Shown: positions 47,101 to 56,382, numbered from the stretch's first letter. The stretch is 64,000 nucleotides of DNA from an uncultured Collinsella sp. (GCA_900545445.1 UQZH01000003.1:9638-73637), one strand, 5' to 3'. Notes: a model not told the origin generated them from the letters alone. Made by a program: numbers and translations.

Positions 47101-47769
47101 GATCTCGATACTGTCCTCGTTGCCGATGGTTTGGCCCGTGGAGCTCACCATGCGGCGGATGCGGTCAATCTCGTCGCCAAAGAACTCGATGCGCACGGGC
47201 GCCTTTTCCTGTGCGGGGAACACCTCGACGGTGTCGCCGTGCACGCGGAACAGACCGGGCGCGTCGGCGGCGCCGGCATTGGTGTAGCCCATGCCCACCA
47301 GGCGCTGCGGCACCTCGTCAAAAGGAATCTCCTCGCCCACCGCAAAAGTGGTGGACTCCCAATAGTGACTCTCGACCGGCGGCACGCAGCGCAGCAGTGC
47401 ACGGGCCGAGGCAACCATGATGCAGTTGTCCCCGCGCACGATGCGCCCCAGAGCCTCGCAGCGCTGCGCCACCACGGCGTCGTCGGGCACCTGCTCGCGC
47501 CACGGATAGTCCTTGCGCTCGGGGAAGCGGCACACGTGCGCCAGGCCCACGTAGGCGGCAAGGCTGCGCGCGGCGCGATCGGCCGCGTCCTCGCCGCTCA
47601 CAATGTAGACTGTGGGGCGCGGACGGCGCGCAAACTGGGCTGCCGCCATAAGCGTGCGGCCCGACTGCGACACAGCCAGCGTCACGTCCTCGCCGGCATC
47701 GAGTCCGGCCTCGACGGTCTGCAAGGCCTCGGCAGTGTAGAGCTGCGCGGCTATACGGTGAATGAGCAT
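44137..47769 (-). CDS. mfd: Transcription-repair coupling factor Mfd
   Basis: ~1200 aa with UvrB-like N-terminus, CarD/RNAP-interacting domain, superfamily-2 helicase motifs (GDVGFGKTEVA, DEEQRFG) and a TRCF C-terminal domain. GGAGGAAC RBS. Confidence 0.9.
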   Translation of the reverse strand: MLIHRIAAQLYTAEALQTVEAGLDAGEDVTLAVSQSGRTLMAAAQFARRPRPTVYIVSGEDAADRAARSLAAYVGLAHVCRFPERKDYPWREQVPDDAVVAQRCEALGRIVRGDNCIMVASARALLRCVPPVESHYWESTTFAVGEEIPFDEVPQRLVGMGYTNAGAADAPGLFRVHGDTVEVFPAQEKAPVRIEFFGDEIDRIRRMVSSTGQTIGNEDSIEIFPCRELALTDDAVHNMHVALYRASQDDSKLAALLEMVDARIVTPELDRFLPVMYGQTVSPLAHVSGKALVVLSEPRSLFDDCLRAYEDIEARAGEAGIDRLDGLYVRAQQLDFGAQQRLNYVSLIRAGGAVTAELKIEQPAIAGSDNRFMTRIQEVVGKRYACVFAIPDRGARESMELTFGDEGITFEESLTAAPENAGVIGERVRVAAADSADRAARQEAHASIRERKADALNARSLEAGAAQAAAGAAVPTISRGRVTFVDAALPQGVVVPDANLAVFSIADLNARMDANRARSRRKVDITQITFPFKPGDYVVHATHGIALFSEIARQEVGGKERDYFLLEYADGDKLYVPLEQVDRITRYVGPDGDKPRLTRLNTADWTRATNKARKNAKKLAFDLVDLYTRRSSITGVACPPDTPEQIEMEESFPYDETRDQLEAIADIKADMEAPKPMDRLLCGDVGFGKTEVALRAAFKCVDSGRQVMVLCPTTILAQQHYETFFERFAPFGLEVEVLSRFRTPAQQRRALKAFAEGTIDVLIGTHRLLSADVNPKNLGLVIIDEEQRFGVQHKEQLKNLREQIDVLTLSATPIPRTMQMATSGVRDMSLITTPPTGRRPVIVHVGEYDPDVVSAAIRLEVGRGGQVYYVSNRVKTIDDAVARVHEAAPEARVGVAHGKMSPREVEDVMIEFATKKIDVLIATTIVESGIDNATANTLIIEDSQRLGLAQLYQLKGRVGRSATQAYAYFMFPGELPLTEEATARLTALSEFQDLGSGMRIAMRDLEIRGAGSLMGAEQHGNLSSVGFDLFTQMLGQAVAEARGDDDAGVEAASVGINLPADYFLSEEYLPAVDQRVLVYRKLAAAEDLESIDEVQEETEAAYGELPLAGLNLFNRARIRIRGERLGLESVTLSGGRITFLGVDVPKKVAFELKTRYGAVNFPKSRKLSVPYKAGAGAGSGLGRGLDANDGTGPVAAALMLLQQLGASDDD

Positions 47770-47926
47770 GCTGTTCCTCCGGCATTGCAACGCCAAAAGC
47801 CCGCCGGGGCAAGCTCGGCGGGTCGTACGTCAAATACATTGTCTGTCATGGTAACGCATGGAGAGGACTCCGGCTCAAGGGCAAACCCAGCCCCGCAAAA
47901 AACGCCAGACGAAAATGCGTTCCGCC

Positions 47927-48592
47927 CTACCCCGCCACGCGCACGCTGGGACACAAATCCGCCAGCGGACACTCGTCGCACTTAGGCTTGCGGGCGTCGC
48001 AGACCTCGCGGCCAAAGGTGATCCACTGGTGGTTGACCGACTCCCAATACTCGTGCGGCAGAATCTTGAGCAGATCTTGCTCAGTCTTGAGCGGCTCTTT
48101 GGCATGCGTCTTGGGACTCAGCATCAGGCGGTGCGCGATGCGGTTGACGTGCGTATCGACCGCGATGCCCTCGACAATGCCAAACCCCACGTTGAGCACG
48201 ATGTTCGCCGTTTTGCGCCCCACACCCGGCAGCTTGACGAGCTCCTTCATGTCGGCCGGTACCTCGCCGCCGTAATCGGTGACGATCATCTGCGCGGCCT
48301 CCACGGCGTGCTTGGCCTTGCTCTTATAAAAGCCGAGCGACTTAATGGTATCGGCCACATCGGCCACGCTCGCCCCCGCCATGGCCTCGGGCGTGGGCCA
48401 CTGGGCAAACAGCTTCGGCGTCACCTTGTTGACCTGCGCGTCGGTCGTCTGCGCCGAGAGCAGTACCGCGATGAGCAGCCTAAAGGGATTCTCGTGATCC
48501 AAAAAACACTCGACCGGGCCATAGCGACGGTTGAGGCGCTCGCACACCTCAACGGCGCGCTCGCGTTTGGCGGCATTGGTCTCGCGTGGCAT
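47927..48592 (-). CDS. nth: Endonuclease III (Nth)
   Basis: HhH-GPD motif LPGVGRKTANIVL and a C-terminal 4Fe-4S cluster loop C.{6}C..C.{5}C. Confidence 0.85.
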   Translation of the reverse strand: MPRETNAAKRERAVEVCERLNRRYGPVECFLDHENPFRLLIAVLLSAQTTDAQVNKVTPKLFAQWPTPEAMAGASVADVADTIKSLGFYKSKAKHAVEAAQMIVTDYGGEVPADMKELVKLPGVGRKTANIVLNVGFGIVEGIAVDTHVNRIAHRLMLSPKTHAKEPLKTEQDLLKILPHEYWESVNHQWITFGREVCDARKPKCDECPLADLCPSVRVAG

Positions 48593-48655
48593 AACGACTC
48601 CTCGGCTCAGCGGCATAACAAATCTATGGGCACGATTGTCCCACGTATGGGGTCT

Positions 48656-50458
48656 TTACGCCTCCAAAAATGCGCCAGTCTGGCGGCCCCACAGGCTCGC
48701 ATACTCGCCGCCCGCCTCGACAAGCTGCGCATGCGTACCGTCCTCGACAATCTCGCCGTCCGCCAGCACCACGATGCGGTCGAGCGCCGCCACGGTGGAC
48801 AGGCGATGTGCCACCACGATGGAGGTGCGCCCGCGCATCAGGTTCTCGAGCGCCTCCTGCACCAGCGCCTCGGACTCGCTGTCCAGGGCAGACGTCGCCT
48901 CGTCGAGCACCAGAATCGGCGCGTCGGTCAGGATAGCGCGGGCGATGGCCACGCGCTGGCGTTGGCCGCCCGAAAGCTTAACGCCGCGCTCGCCCACCAT
49001 GGTGTCAAAGCCACGGGGCAGGCGGTCGATAAACTCCAGGGCATTTGCCAGACGCGCGGCCTCGCGGATCTGCTCGTCGGTGGCATCGGGACGGCCGTAG
49101 GCGATATTCTCGCGAATGGAGCGATGGAACAGCAGCGCCTCCTGCGGCACGTAGGCAACCTGGCGGCGCAGGCTCTGCTGCGTGCAGCGCGAGACGTCTT
49201 GGCCGTCCACGAGCACGCGGCCGCCCTGTACGTCGTCCAGGCGCAGCAACAGCTTGGTGAGCGTCGTCTTGCCCGAGCCCGATTTGCCCACCAGGCCCAC
49301 GCGCTGGCCCGCCGCCACATGGAGCGTCAGGTCGTCGAACACGCTCTCGCCCGCCGCGGCATCACGGTATGCAAAGCTCAGGTGCTCAAAATCAATCGCA
49401 CCCTCGCCCACCTTGAGCTCGGGGGCATTCTCGTCGTCTGCCACCAGACGCGGCTCGTCCAGCACGCGCGTCATCTCGGCCGCATCGCCCAGCGCGCGGT
49501 TGATGCGTTGCATCATGGAGCTCACGTAGTTCAGACGCATGGTGAGGTTGTACGTATAGGTAAAGATCATGACGAGCGCGCCGGCCGAGATGCCAAACCA
49601 CGCGTTGCCACCCGCGACGAACACACTCACCACGGCCATGGTGATGACGATAAGGCCCGAGGTCGTAAAGTTGCGCTGCATCATGGCGTGCATCGAAACC
49701 GTTTCAGCATCGCGCGCGGCGCGGTCGGCGGTATCGAACAGGTCGCGCTCAAAGTCCTCGCGCCCACAGGTCTTGACGGCCAGGATATTCGTGACCGCGT
49801 CGGACAGCACGCCCGACAGTTTGTTCTGAGCGGCGGACGTCGCGGCCGAAAGCGGCATGATGCGCTTGTACATAAGCCAGACAAACGCAATGTAGACGAC
49901 CATGATGCCCACCAGGATCACGGTAAACGTCGGCACCACCGGAGCGAGCGCCGCCACCGTGCAGACAACCGAGGTGATGGTGGGAATGAGCGAATACACC
50001 GTCACGTCGACCAAGCCCGTGTAGCCACTCATAAAACGACTCGTCTGGCTCACAAGCGATCCGCCAAAGCGGCTGGTGTGAAATGTCATGGATTGATTGG
50101 AGAGCGTGTCAAAGCACAGGCGCGCCAGGTGATAGTTGCCCGCAATCTCGAGCTTGTAGACGGTGTAGTCCTGCAGCTTGGAGAGGATCTGGCCCACTAG
50201 GTTAACGAACACGAGCGCCAGAATATAGGGACCAAAGACCTCAAACACCTGGTCGCCCGCCACGGGGCCGGCCTGGACGCGGTCGACGATAAGGGCCATC
50301 ACGTAGGTGTTGGCAAACGTGAGCAAAAAGATGTAGCCTGCCGACGAGAACACCGAGAGAAAGACGATCAGCGGCTGTGTGCGCGTGACGTCCCAAAAAC
50401 GCTGTAGCGTGCGGCGCACGGTGGAGCGTTTGAGCGGACTGGTGTTTCTCTGAGACAT
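48656..50458 (-). CDS. ABC transporter permease/ATP-binding fusion (MsbA-like exporter)
   Basis: N-terminal 6-TM domain plus Walker A GKSGSGKTT, signature LSGGQRQR and Walker B ILVLDEATS. GAAAGGAAG RBS. Confidence 0.8.
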   Translation of the reverse strand: MSQRNTSPLKRSTVRRTLQRFWDVTRTQPLIVFLSVFSSAGYIFLLTFANTYVMALIVDRVQAGPVAGDQVFEVFGPYILALVFVNLVGQILSKLQDYTVYKLEIAGNYHLARLCFDTLSNQSMTFHTSRFGGSLVSQTSRFMSGYTGLVDVTVYSLIPTITSVVCTVAALAPVVPTFTVILVGIMVVYIAFVWLMYKRIMPLSAATSAAQNKLSGVLSDAVTNILAVKTCGREDFERDLFDTADRAARDAETVSMHAMMQRNFTTSGLIVITMAVVSVFVAGGNAWFGISAGALVMIFTYTYNLTMRLNYVSSMMQRINRALGDAAEMTRVLDEPRLVADDENAPELKVGEGAIDFEHLSFAYRDAAAGESVFDDLTLHVAAGQRVGLVGKSGSGKTTLTKLLLRLDDVQGGRVLVDGQDVSRCTQQSLRRQVAYVPQEALLFHRSIRENIAYGRPDATDEQIREAARLANALEFIDRLPRGFDTMVGERGVKLSGGQRQRVAIARAILTDAPILVLDEATSALDSESEALVQEALENLMRGRTSIVVAHRLSTVAALDRIVVLADGEIVEDGTHAQLVEAGGEYASLWGRQTGAFLEA

Positions 50459-50581
50459 GGGCTTCCTTTCGCGTCTGATAGGGCGAAACGCCATTGTTGC
50501 ACACTAAAGCGCACTTCAGGCAAGCACGATGCGAAAAGCGCCCGCGCCGTGCTTGTGCAGGCACCCCGCCGTCAGATGCAG

Positions 50582-51937
50582 CTAGTCTTCGTCTTTTTGG
50601 TCTGCGAGCAAGCCTGCGGACTCCAAGCCCAAAATCTCGTCGGCCTCCCGCGCGTCTTCCAGCGCGTCGATATCCTTGAGCTTGCGCTCCATAACGTTGG
50701 TGCGCGTGGTGATGATGCCCTCGACCGTTTTACCCGCGGTCTCGATCTGCTGCTGGGCACGACGCAGCGCCGCCTGATAGCGCGGCAGCTCGGCCTTGAC
50801 GGCAGAGAGCACACGCAGCACGTCGTCGGTGCGCTTTTGCAGCCTAAACGTCTGGTAGCTCATCTGCAGGCTGTTGAGGATGGCCGCCATGGTGCTGGGG
50901 CCGGCAACGTTAACGTGATAGTCGCGGCCCAGGGTCTCGATAAGCCCGGGGCGGCTGACGACCTCGGCGTACAGGCCCTCAAACGGCACGAACATAATGC
51001 CAAAATTGGTGGTCGCGGGCACGCTCAGGTACTTTTCGCAGATGTCCTTTGCCTCGCGTTTCACCATAGCATCGAGTGTCTTGCGCGCGGTGGCCACAGC
51101 TTCGGCATCACCCGACTCTTGCGCGTCGAGCAGATGCTCGTACGCGTCGCCCGGGAATTTGGAGTCGATCGGCAGCAGCACGGGATCGCCCTCGTCCACC
51201 GGCAGCTTGACGGCAAACTCAACGCGCTCCGAGGCGCCGGGCTTGGTGGCGACGTTTTCCAGATACTGGTCGGGCGTAAGGATGTCCGCCAGGATCGCAC
51301 CCAGCTGTACCTCGCCCAAAATGCCGCGCGCTTTTACATTGCCCAGCACGCGCTTGAGGTCGCCTACGCCGGTGGCAATGGACTGCATATCGCCCAAACC
51401 CTTGTACACAGCCTCGAGCTGGTCGCTCACCTGCTTAAACGATGCGGACAGGCGATCGTTGAGCGTACGGGAGAGTTTCTCGTCCACCGTCGCGCGCATC
51501 TGATCGAGCTGCACGTTGTTGTCCTTGCGGATGGCGCTCAGCTGGGCATCGACCGTCTCGCGAACCTTGTCCAGGCGGTGCTCGATACCCTCGCGGTTGG
51601 CGCCAAGCTGTTGGGCTGTCTCGCGGCGCAGGTCATCCATACGGTCGCCGGCCTGCGAGAACTCACGCGCGATGGTCAGGTAGCGCTGCTGTTCTACGGC
51701 CGCATCGGTCGTCTGCTGCTGCGCGATGGCATTTGCCGTGCGGCGGGTTTCGGCCAAAGCGACGTTCAGGGTGTCGAGCGCATTGTTGGCCTGCTCGAGC
51801 GCAGCCAGCATCTTTGCCCCGCTATCGCCGCGCTCCTGCAGCTCGACGCGAAGGCCCTTGAGCTGCAGGGCACAAGCCACAGCAACCCCCACCGCCACCA
51901 AGGCGGTCACAACAAGCACGATATCAATAGCAGACAT
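50582..51937 (-). CDS. rmuC: DNA recombination protein RmuC
   Basis: N-terminal TM plus a long coiled-coil plus a C-terminal RmuC nuclease-like domain (VEFAVKLP...LLPIDSKFP). Confidence 0.8.
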   Translation of the reverse strand: MSAIDIVLVVTALVAVGVAVACALQLKGLRVELQERGDSGAKMLAALEQANNALDTLNVALAETRRTANAIAQQQTTDAAVEQQRYLTIAREFSQAGDRMDDLRRETAQQLGANREGIEHRLDKVRETVDAQLSAIRKDNNVQLDQMRATVDEKLSRTLNDRLSASFKQVSDQLEAVYKGLGDMQSIATGVGDLKRVLGNVKARGILGEVQLGAILADILTPDQYLENVATKPGASERVEFAVKLPVDEGDPVLLPIDSKFPGDAYEHLLDAQESGDAEAVATARKTLDAMVKREAKDICEKYLSVPATTNFGIMFVPFEGLYAEVVSRPGLIETLGRDYHVNVAGPSTMAAILNSLQMSYQTFRLQKRTDDVLRVLSAVKAELPRYQAALRRAQQQIETAGKTVEGIITTRTNVMERKLKDIDALEDAREADEILGLESAGLLADQKDED

Positions 51938-52060
51938 AGACTCCGCCCAACAAACTCAATCGATCATCAATCAAAACCGCGATCAATCTTACCCCGCCAC
52001 ACGCACCGGGCGTCACATGGCAATCGGACAAATGGATTTTGGGCCACAGGTACTAAAACG

Positions 52061-52483
52061 CTAACTCTCCCAGCCGGCGCGGATGGTTGCTACGACATCG
52101 CTTAGGCGCTGGCCGAGAACCGCCAAGTGCTCAAGCACCTCGCTGGGCGAGGCGCCGTTGAGAATGCACGTGAGGGCATATGAGGCCAAGAAGATTGCCG
52201 CGAGCCCCAACGGAATCAGCACGATCATCGCCAGCGTACGCAGGCGCTGGGCCCAGCGACGGCGACGCGCACGACGCTTGTCGAACGCAAGCTCCTGCGC
52301 ATATGAATCTTGCTGTACGGAATAGGCTCCTGGGTCCACCTCATCCGCAGACGATACCGCGGGCGCGGCGTTTTGCACAGGAGGCTGGACGGCCGCCCCT
52401 TGCATTTGCATCTCCATAAGCCGTTGCTGCTGGCGCAACATGCGCTCGGCTTGTTGCCGCGGGGTCTCAAGAAACAGATCCAT
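52061..52483 (-). CDS. Hypothetical small membrane protein
   Basis: Q/R-rich N-terminus and one predicted TM (LAMIVLIPLGLAAIFLASYALTCIL). No family recognised. Confidence 0.4.
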   Translation of the reverse strand: MDLFLETPRQQAERMLRQQQRLMEMQMQGAAVQPPVQNAAPAVSSADEVDPGAYSVQQDSYAQELAFDKRRARRRRWAQRLRTLAMIVLIPLGLAAIFLASYALTCILNGASPSEVLEHLAVLGQRLSDVVATIRAGWES

Positions 52484-52742
52484 GTTGGCCTCCTCAATCG
52501 GAGCATTCGACGCTTACGCCCAGCATCACGCACCATCGCGGCCGCGGCAACGAAATCCGCGGCAATAGCCGCAAAGATTCTATAGTCAGAAAACTGTCGA
52601 AAACCTCAACAACTCCCCTACCAGCACTTTCTTTGAGCTTTTTTCGCCAGCAATCTTTTGGCCCTCCGCCCTTGTGCCAACCGACCAAAACCTAACCAAA
52701 AGCTTGACGAAAATTGTGAAGACAGGGACCCCACACAAAAAC

Positions 52743-52766
52743 GTGCCGCCCCAAAAGGGGCGGCAC
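52743..52766. terminator. Hairpin GTGCCGCCCC-AAAA-GGGGCGGCAC (T-run on the minus strand)
   Basis: Perfect 10-bp stem, seen directly. Confidence 0.5.
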
Positions 52767-52815
52767 ACAAATTTCTAATCAGCTTTTCAGTAACGAGCAC
52801 GCGACGACCCGAAGC

Positions 52816-52901
52816 GGGCCGGGAGGGCCGGACTACCTTCCCTCAACGCGACCCTGCGAAGCCGTGAGCGAGGAGGGAAGGTAGTCCGGCCCTCCCGGCC
52901 C
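52816..52901. repeat. Long perfect palindrome: 29-bp arms GGGCCGGGAGGGCCGGACTACCTTCCCTC around a 25-nt spacer
   Basis: Immediately 3' of the rubrerythrin gene. Contains a GAGGAGGGAAG motif also present in R1/R2. Confidence 0.65.
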
Positions 52902-52922
52902 AGCTCACGCTAGCACCACGCG

Positions 52923-53462
52923 CTAGTAGTTCACCACCTGTTCCTCAAAGTACGCCTTCGGGTGGTTGCACACCGGGCACACCTCGGGCGCCTCGGCACC
53001 AACATGCAGGTGCCCGCAGTTCAGGCACTTCCACACCTTTACGCCCTCGCGCTCAAACACCTCGCCCGACTCAATGCGCTCGACGAGCTTGTTGTAGCGC
53101 TCCTCGTGAGCCTTCTCGACAGCGGCGACACCACGGAACTTCTCGGCGATCTCGGCAAAGCCCTCCTCCTCGGCGGTCTTGGCAAACTCGTCATACATCG
53201 TGGTCCACTCGTAGTTCTCGCCCGCGGCGGCGTCGCGCAGGTTGTCCAGAGTGCCCGGAACGGCGCCGTCGTGCAGGTACTTAAACCACAGCTTGGCATG
53301 CTCGGACTCGTTGCCCGCCGTCTCGGCAAAGATGTTCGAGATCTGAACGTAGCCGTCCTTTTTGGCCTTGGATGCATAGTAGCGATACTTGGTGTGTGCC
53401 TGGGACTCACCGGCAAAAGCGGTCTCGAGGTTCTTCTTGGTCTGAGAGTTCTCAAAATCCAT
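52923..53462 (-). CDS. Rubrerythrin
   Basis: Ferritin-like diiron E..H motifs plus a C-terminal rubredoxin-like CLNCGH...[20 protein letters not shown] at MDFENSQ. Confidence 0.85.
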   Translation of the reverse strand: MDFENSQTKKNLETAFAGESQAHTKYRYYASKAKKDGYVQISNIFAETAGNESEHAKLWFKYLHDGAVPGTLDNLRDAAAGENYEWTTMYDEFAKTAEEEGFAEIAEKFRGVAAVEKAHEERYNKLVERIESGEVFEREGVKVWKCLNCGHLHVGAEAPEVCPVCNHPKAYFEEQVVNY

Positions 53463-53576
53463 AGGTGTACTTCCCTTCAACACGTGCCGCCCATAGGCTT
53501 TGAGCGGCCCTGTCTTTAGGATGCCCCCATGCCGAGAATTTAAACCTTATAATCCTGTTCTTCAGATTCGAGCGAG

Positions 53577-54482
53577 CTATACACTCAGCCAACGATCGCC
53601 CTCGGAGCGGCAAAAGCCCTCGCACTCCAGATCGGCAAGGATGCTTGCGACCAGCTCGCGCTCGACCGGCTCTCGGCCGGCTGCCGTCTCCATCTCGTTA
53701 ACGCCTGCAACAGCTTCATCAAGCGTAATACCTGCCGGCTGCCCATCGCGCGCTGCCAGCAGCATGCGCACAATGTGGGCGCGCTTTTGGCGGCGCGAGC
53801 CCTCAAACTTGGACTGACGACTATAGCCCGCCGACCGCCTGGACGGATTGGGCAGCGTCTTTTTAAGATACGCGCCGTAATCCAGCAACGCGTAATACCA
53901 CGCGCGCGGCGTGTCGGCATCGTCTTGAGGCGCGGCAAAGGGCGCAATCTCATCCGCCGCCGCACCGGGGGCCGCCGGACAGGCAGCTTGAATCAGCGGC
54001 ACCAGCTCGCGATCGGGAACGGCCGGCACATCGGGAAAGAAATGATGCAAAAAGACCGTGCGCACGTTGGTCTCCAGATACACGCCCGGAAGATCGAATG
54101 CAAACGAACGGATGCCCTGCGCCGTTGCCGGGCCAATGCCGGGCAACGCGACCAGATCGTGCATCTCACGCGGAAACTCCCCATCCCAGTCCTCCACAAC
54201 GCACTGTGCAGCCCTGTGAAGCGCCAGGGCGCGGCGATTGTAGCCCATCCCCTGCCACGCATCCAAGACATCGGAAGGGGCGGCCTGAGCAAGCGCCCGG
54301 ACAGTCGGAAAGCGATCGAGCCACGCCGGCATGCGCGTCTCCACGCGCGGCACCTGCGTCTGCTGCAGCATGACCTCGGAAAGCCAGATGATATACGGGT
54401 CGCGCGTGCGGCGCCACGGAAGGTCGCGATAACGCAGGACCCCTTCCGAACGAATCATCGAACGAAAGGGGTCCTGAATCAT
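53577..54482 (-). CDS. HhH-GPD DNA glycosylase, MutY-like (no Fe-S cluster cysteines, no NUDIX domain)
   Basis: DPYIIWLSEVMLQQTQV plus HhH (LPGIGPATAQGI). Only ~300 aa with a single Cys in the cluster region. AAGGAG RBS. Confidence 0.7.
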   Translation of the reverse strand: MIQDPFRSMIRSEGVLRYRDLPWRRTRDPYIIWLSEVMLQQTQVPRVETRMPAWLDRFPTVRALAQAAPSDVLDAWQGMGYNRRALALHRAAQCVVEDWDGEFPREMHDLVALPGIGPATAQGIRSFAFDLPGVYLETNVRTVFLHHFFPDVPAVPDRELVPLIQAACPAAPGAAADEIAPFAAPQDDADTPRAWYYALLDYGAYLKKTLPNPSRRSAGYSRQSKFEGSRRQKRAHIVRMLLAARDGQPAGITLDEAVAGVNEMETAAGREPVERELVASILADLECEGFCRSEGDRWLSV

Positions 54483-54503
54483 GACAATGCTCCTTATGCG
54501 GCG

Positions 54504-54989
54504 CTATTCCTCCCGGCAAGCATACGCGCAGGCGGCGTACTCGGGAAACGCATCGCGGTCGGCGAACTTGGGATCGACAGCCGGAAACTGGCGATGGGCG
54601 ACGATATCGCCGAGCGAAACGGAATCGAGATAGTCGCGCATCAGCGCCTGGGCTCCGGCCCACAGGGGATGATAGCAGCACGTGCCCATGCGCGCACAGT
54701 CGCCATCGGGCGCGGTGCAATCGTTCATAACCATGGGGCCCTGAACGGCCTCTACGACCTGACGGATCGTGACATCGTCGGGGCTCACCTTAAGGCGCAT
54801 GCCGCCATGAACACCACGCAGGCTCTCCACAATGCCGGCCTGAACCAAGCCGTGCTGAATCGAACGGGCAAACGAATACGGAACATTGACCTCTTCGGCA
54901 GCAGTGCGAACAGAAAGCAACCGCTCCGGCTCCTCGGCAAGCATCGCAAGCATGCGAAGGGCATAATCAGTCTTCCTCGATATGTCCAT
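54504..54989 (-). CDS. Rrf2-family transcriptional regulator (IscR/NsrR-like, Cys-containing)
   Basis: N-terminal Rrf2 wHTH (TDYALRMLAMLA...) and clustered cysteines (CTAPDGDC...TCC). GAAAGGGG RBS at MDISRK. Confidence 0.8.
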   Translation of the reverse strand: MDISRKTDYALRMLAMLAEEPERLLSVRTAAEEVNVPYSFARSIQHGLVQAGIVESLRGVHGGMRLKVSPDDVTIRQVVEAVQGPMVMNDCTAPDGDCARMGTCCYHPLWAGAQALMRDYLDSVSLGDIVAHRQFPAVDPKFADRDAFPEYAACAYACREE

Positions 54990-55295
54990 GTTTCCCCTTT
55001 CAAGGAATACGAACAGCTCGAACGAGCTCCGGGGCCGAGCTTGTGTCGAGACGCCAAATGACCGCCTGAACAACCAAATTATAAAATGGGTGTTCACTGA
55101 ATGCCGCACTTGAAGACTAGCTGAGTCAGGTACGGCCTAAAGTGCAATTTAGTATAACCGAACCCCCTGCTTCATTGAACAGATGTTGCGCAACAAACCC
55201 CCTGTTTGAACACATATATCAGTAGAGGCCGGCTCGCTCGTTGCGAATGCGGTGATTTGGATAAAGAGGCATATAAGATCGAGGGCCTATTAAAC

Positions 55296-55326
55296 GCAAA
55301 AAGCCACGTCCGAAGACGTGGCTTTA
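55296..55326. terminator. Terminator hairpin AAAAAGCCACGTC-CGAA-GACGTGGCTTT
   Basis: On the minus strand the hairpin is followed by TTTTGCGTTT. Lies 3' of tRNA-Asp. Confidence 0.65.
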
Positions 55327-55333
55327 ATTGCGT

Positions 55334-55411
<78 letters not shown>

Positions 55412-55519
55412 AGGCAGTCGTTCGCGTTTGTTTCCGCTCGCGTGCGCTGCGGGGATTAGTATACACAGAAGTCTGTCCGCCGCGCAACAACTTTTTTGAA
55501 AAAGTTTTTCGGTCCCTCC

Positions 55520-55664
55520 GGGAGGGTCTCCGGGGCCGGCTGGCGCGGGTTGAGTTTGCTGCTCTACAGTCCTGCGCAAGACGGAAAGCACATTAAGTGC
55601 TTTCCTTTGCGTGCGGAACTCGCGACAAACTCAACCCGCGCCAGCCGGCCCCGGAGACCCTCCC
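55520..55664. repeat. Perfect 39-bp inverted repeat (GGGAGGGTCTCCGGGGCCGGCTGGCGCGGGTTGAGTTTG) enclosing an inner 9-bp-stem hairpin GGAAAGCAC-ATTAA-GTGCTTTCC
   Basis: Seen directly. Arms at 55520-55558 and 55626-55664. Lies between the phosphoesterase gene and tRNA-Asp. Confidence 0.7.
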
Positions 55665-55777
55665 TGCCGTCACTTGCTTCAAAGACTTTGTTCCTCGCCG
55701 CTTCCGCGGCTCGAGGTCCCCGTTCTCCTCGGCGAGGTTGTCTAAGATTGTTGTTGAACTTCGGCCTTTGGCTCAAA

Positions 55778-55815
55778 GAAAAACGGGAGATGCGATCTGC
55801 ATCCCCCGTTTTTGT
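55778..55815. terminator. Hairpin AAAAACGGGAGATGCGATCTGCATCCCCCGTTTTTG (bidirectional)
   Basis: A-run/stem/T-run 3' of the phosphoesterase gene. Confidence 0.65.
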
Positions 55816-55820
55816 TGCAC

Positions 55821-56288
55821 CTACTCTAGGTCAATAAATTTGATGCTCAGAATCTTGCCGTCCTTGACGAGCATTCTGGCCATGGTGGGGCCTCGGGTGC
55901 CTCTTGGATAGCTGGCGCTGCCTGGGTTGAGGACCAAGCAGCGGCCCACTTGGGCTTCTTTGGTTACGTGGGTGTGGCCGTTGATGGCTACGTCTACAGA
56001 TCCCACCGGGAGGTCTTCACGGTAGTGGGCTACGGCAAACTTGAGGCCTTCGTAGGTAAAGAGTGCCAAGCGGTCCACATCGGGGCCGTAGTCGCGGCAG
56101 TAATCGTTATTGCCCAGCACCGCTCGCACGGGGGCGATGGTGCGCAGGTGCTCGTAATCCATCTCCGACGTAAGGTCACCGGCGTGGATAATCAGATCCG
56201 CACCCTTAAGCTCGTCCAAGAGCGCAGGCGAAAGATAGCCGTGGGTGTCCGAGATAATGTCGATACGCTTGGCGCTTGCACTGTTCAT
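55821..56288 (-). CDS. YfcE/MJ0936-family metallophosphoesterase
   Basis: Motifs DTHG, GD..., GNND, GHTH of the calcineurin-like phosphoesterase family; ~155 aa. GGAAGGG RBS. Confidence 0.75.
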   Translation of the reverse strand: MNSASAKRIDIISDTHGYLSPALLDELKGADLIIHAGDLTSEMDYEHLRTIAPVRAVLGNNDYCRDYGPDVDRLALFTYEGLKFAVAHYREDLPVGSVDVAINGHTHVTKEAQVGRCLVLNPGSASYPRGTRGPTMARMLVKDGKILSIKFIDLE

Positions 56289-56382
56289 GGGATCCCTTCC
56301 GCAAAAAGATTTGGTGCATTCATGCAAAAAGCCCCACGGCTCCGCAGACGATTTTGGTCTACAGGGCTGCGGGGCCGGTGTA

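Noticed and set aside
44161-47985. 1274-aa plus-strand ORF
   Set aside because: It is exactly antisense to mfd, whose product has clear helicase/TRCF motifs. The antisense product is an Arg/Ala/Gly/His-rich artifact. The same reasoning applies to antisense ORFs 4022..5149, 18201..19676, 19857..21056, 25585..26409, 26863..28803, 28896..30254, 34138..35142, 36042..36956, 39422..40396, 42314..43969, 47858..50200, 50549..52105, 53775..55061 and 56245..58479.
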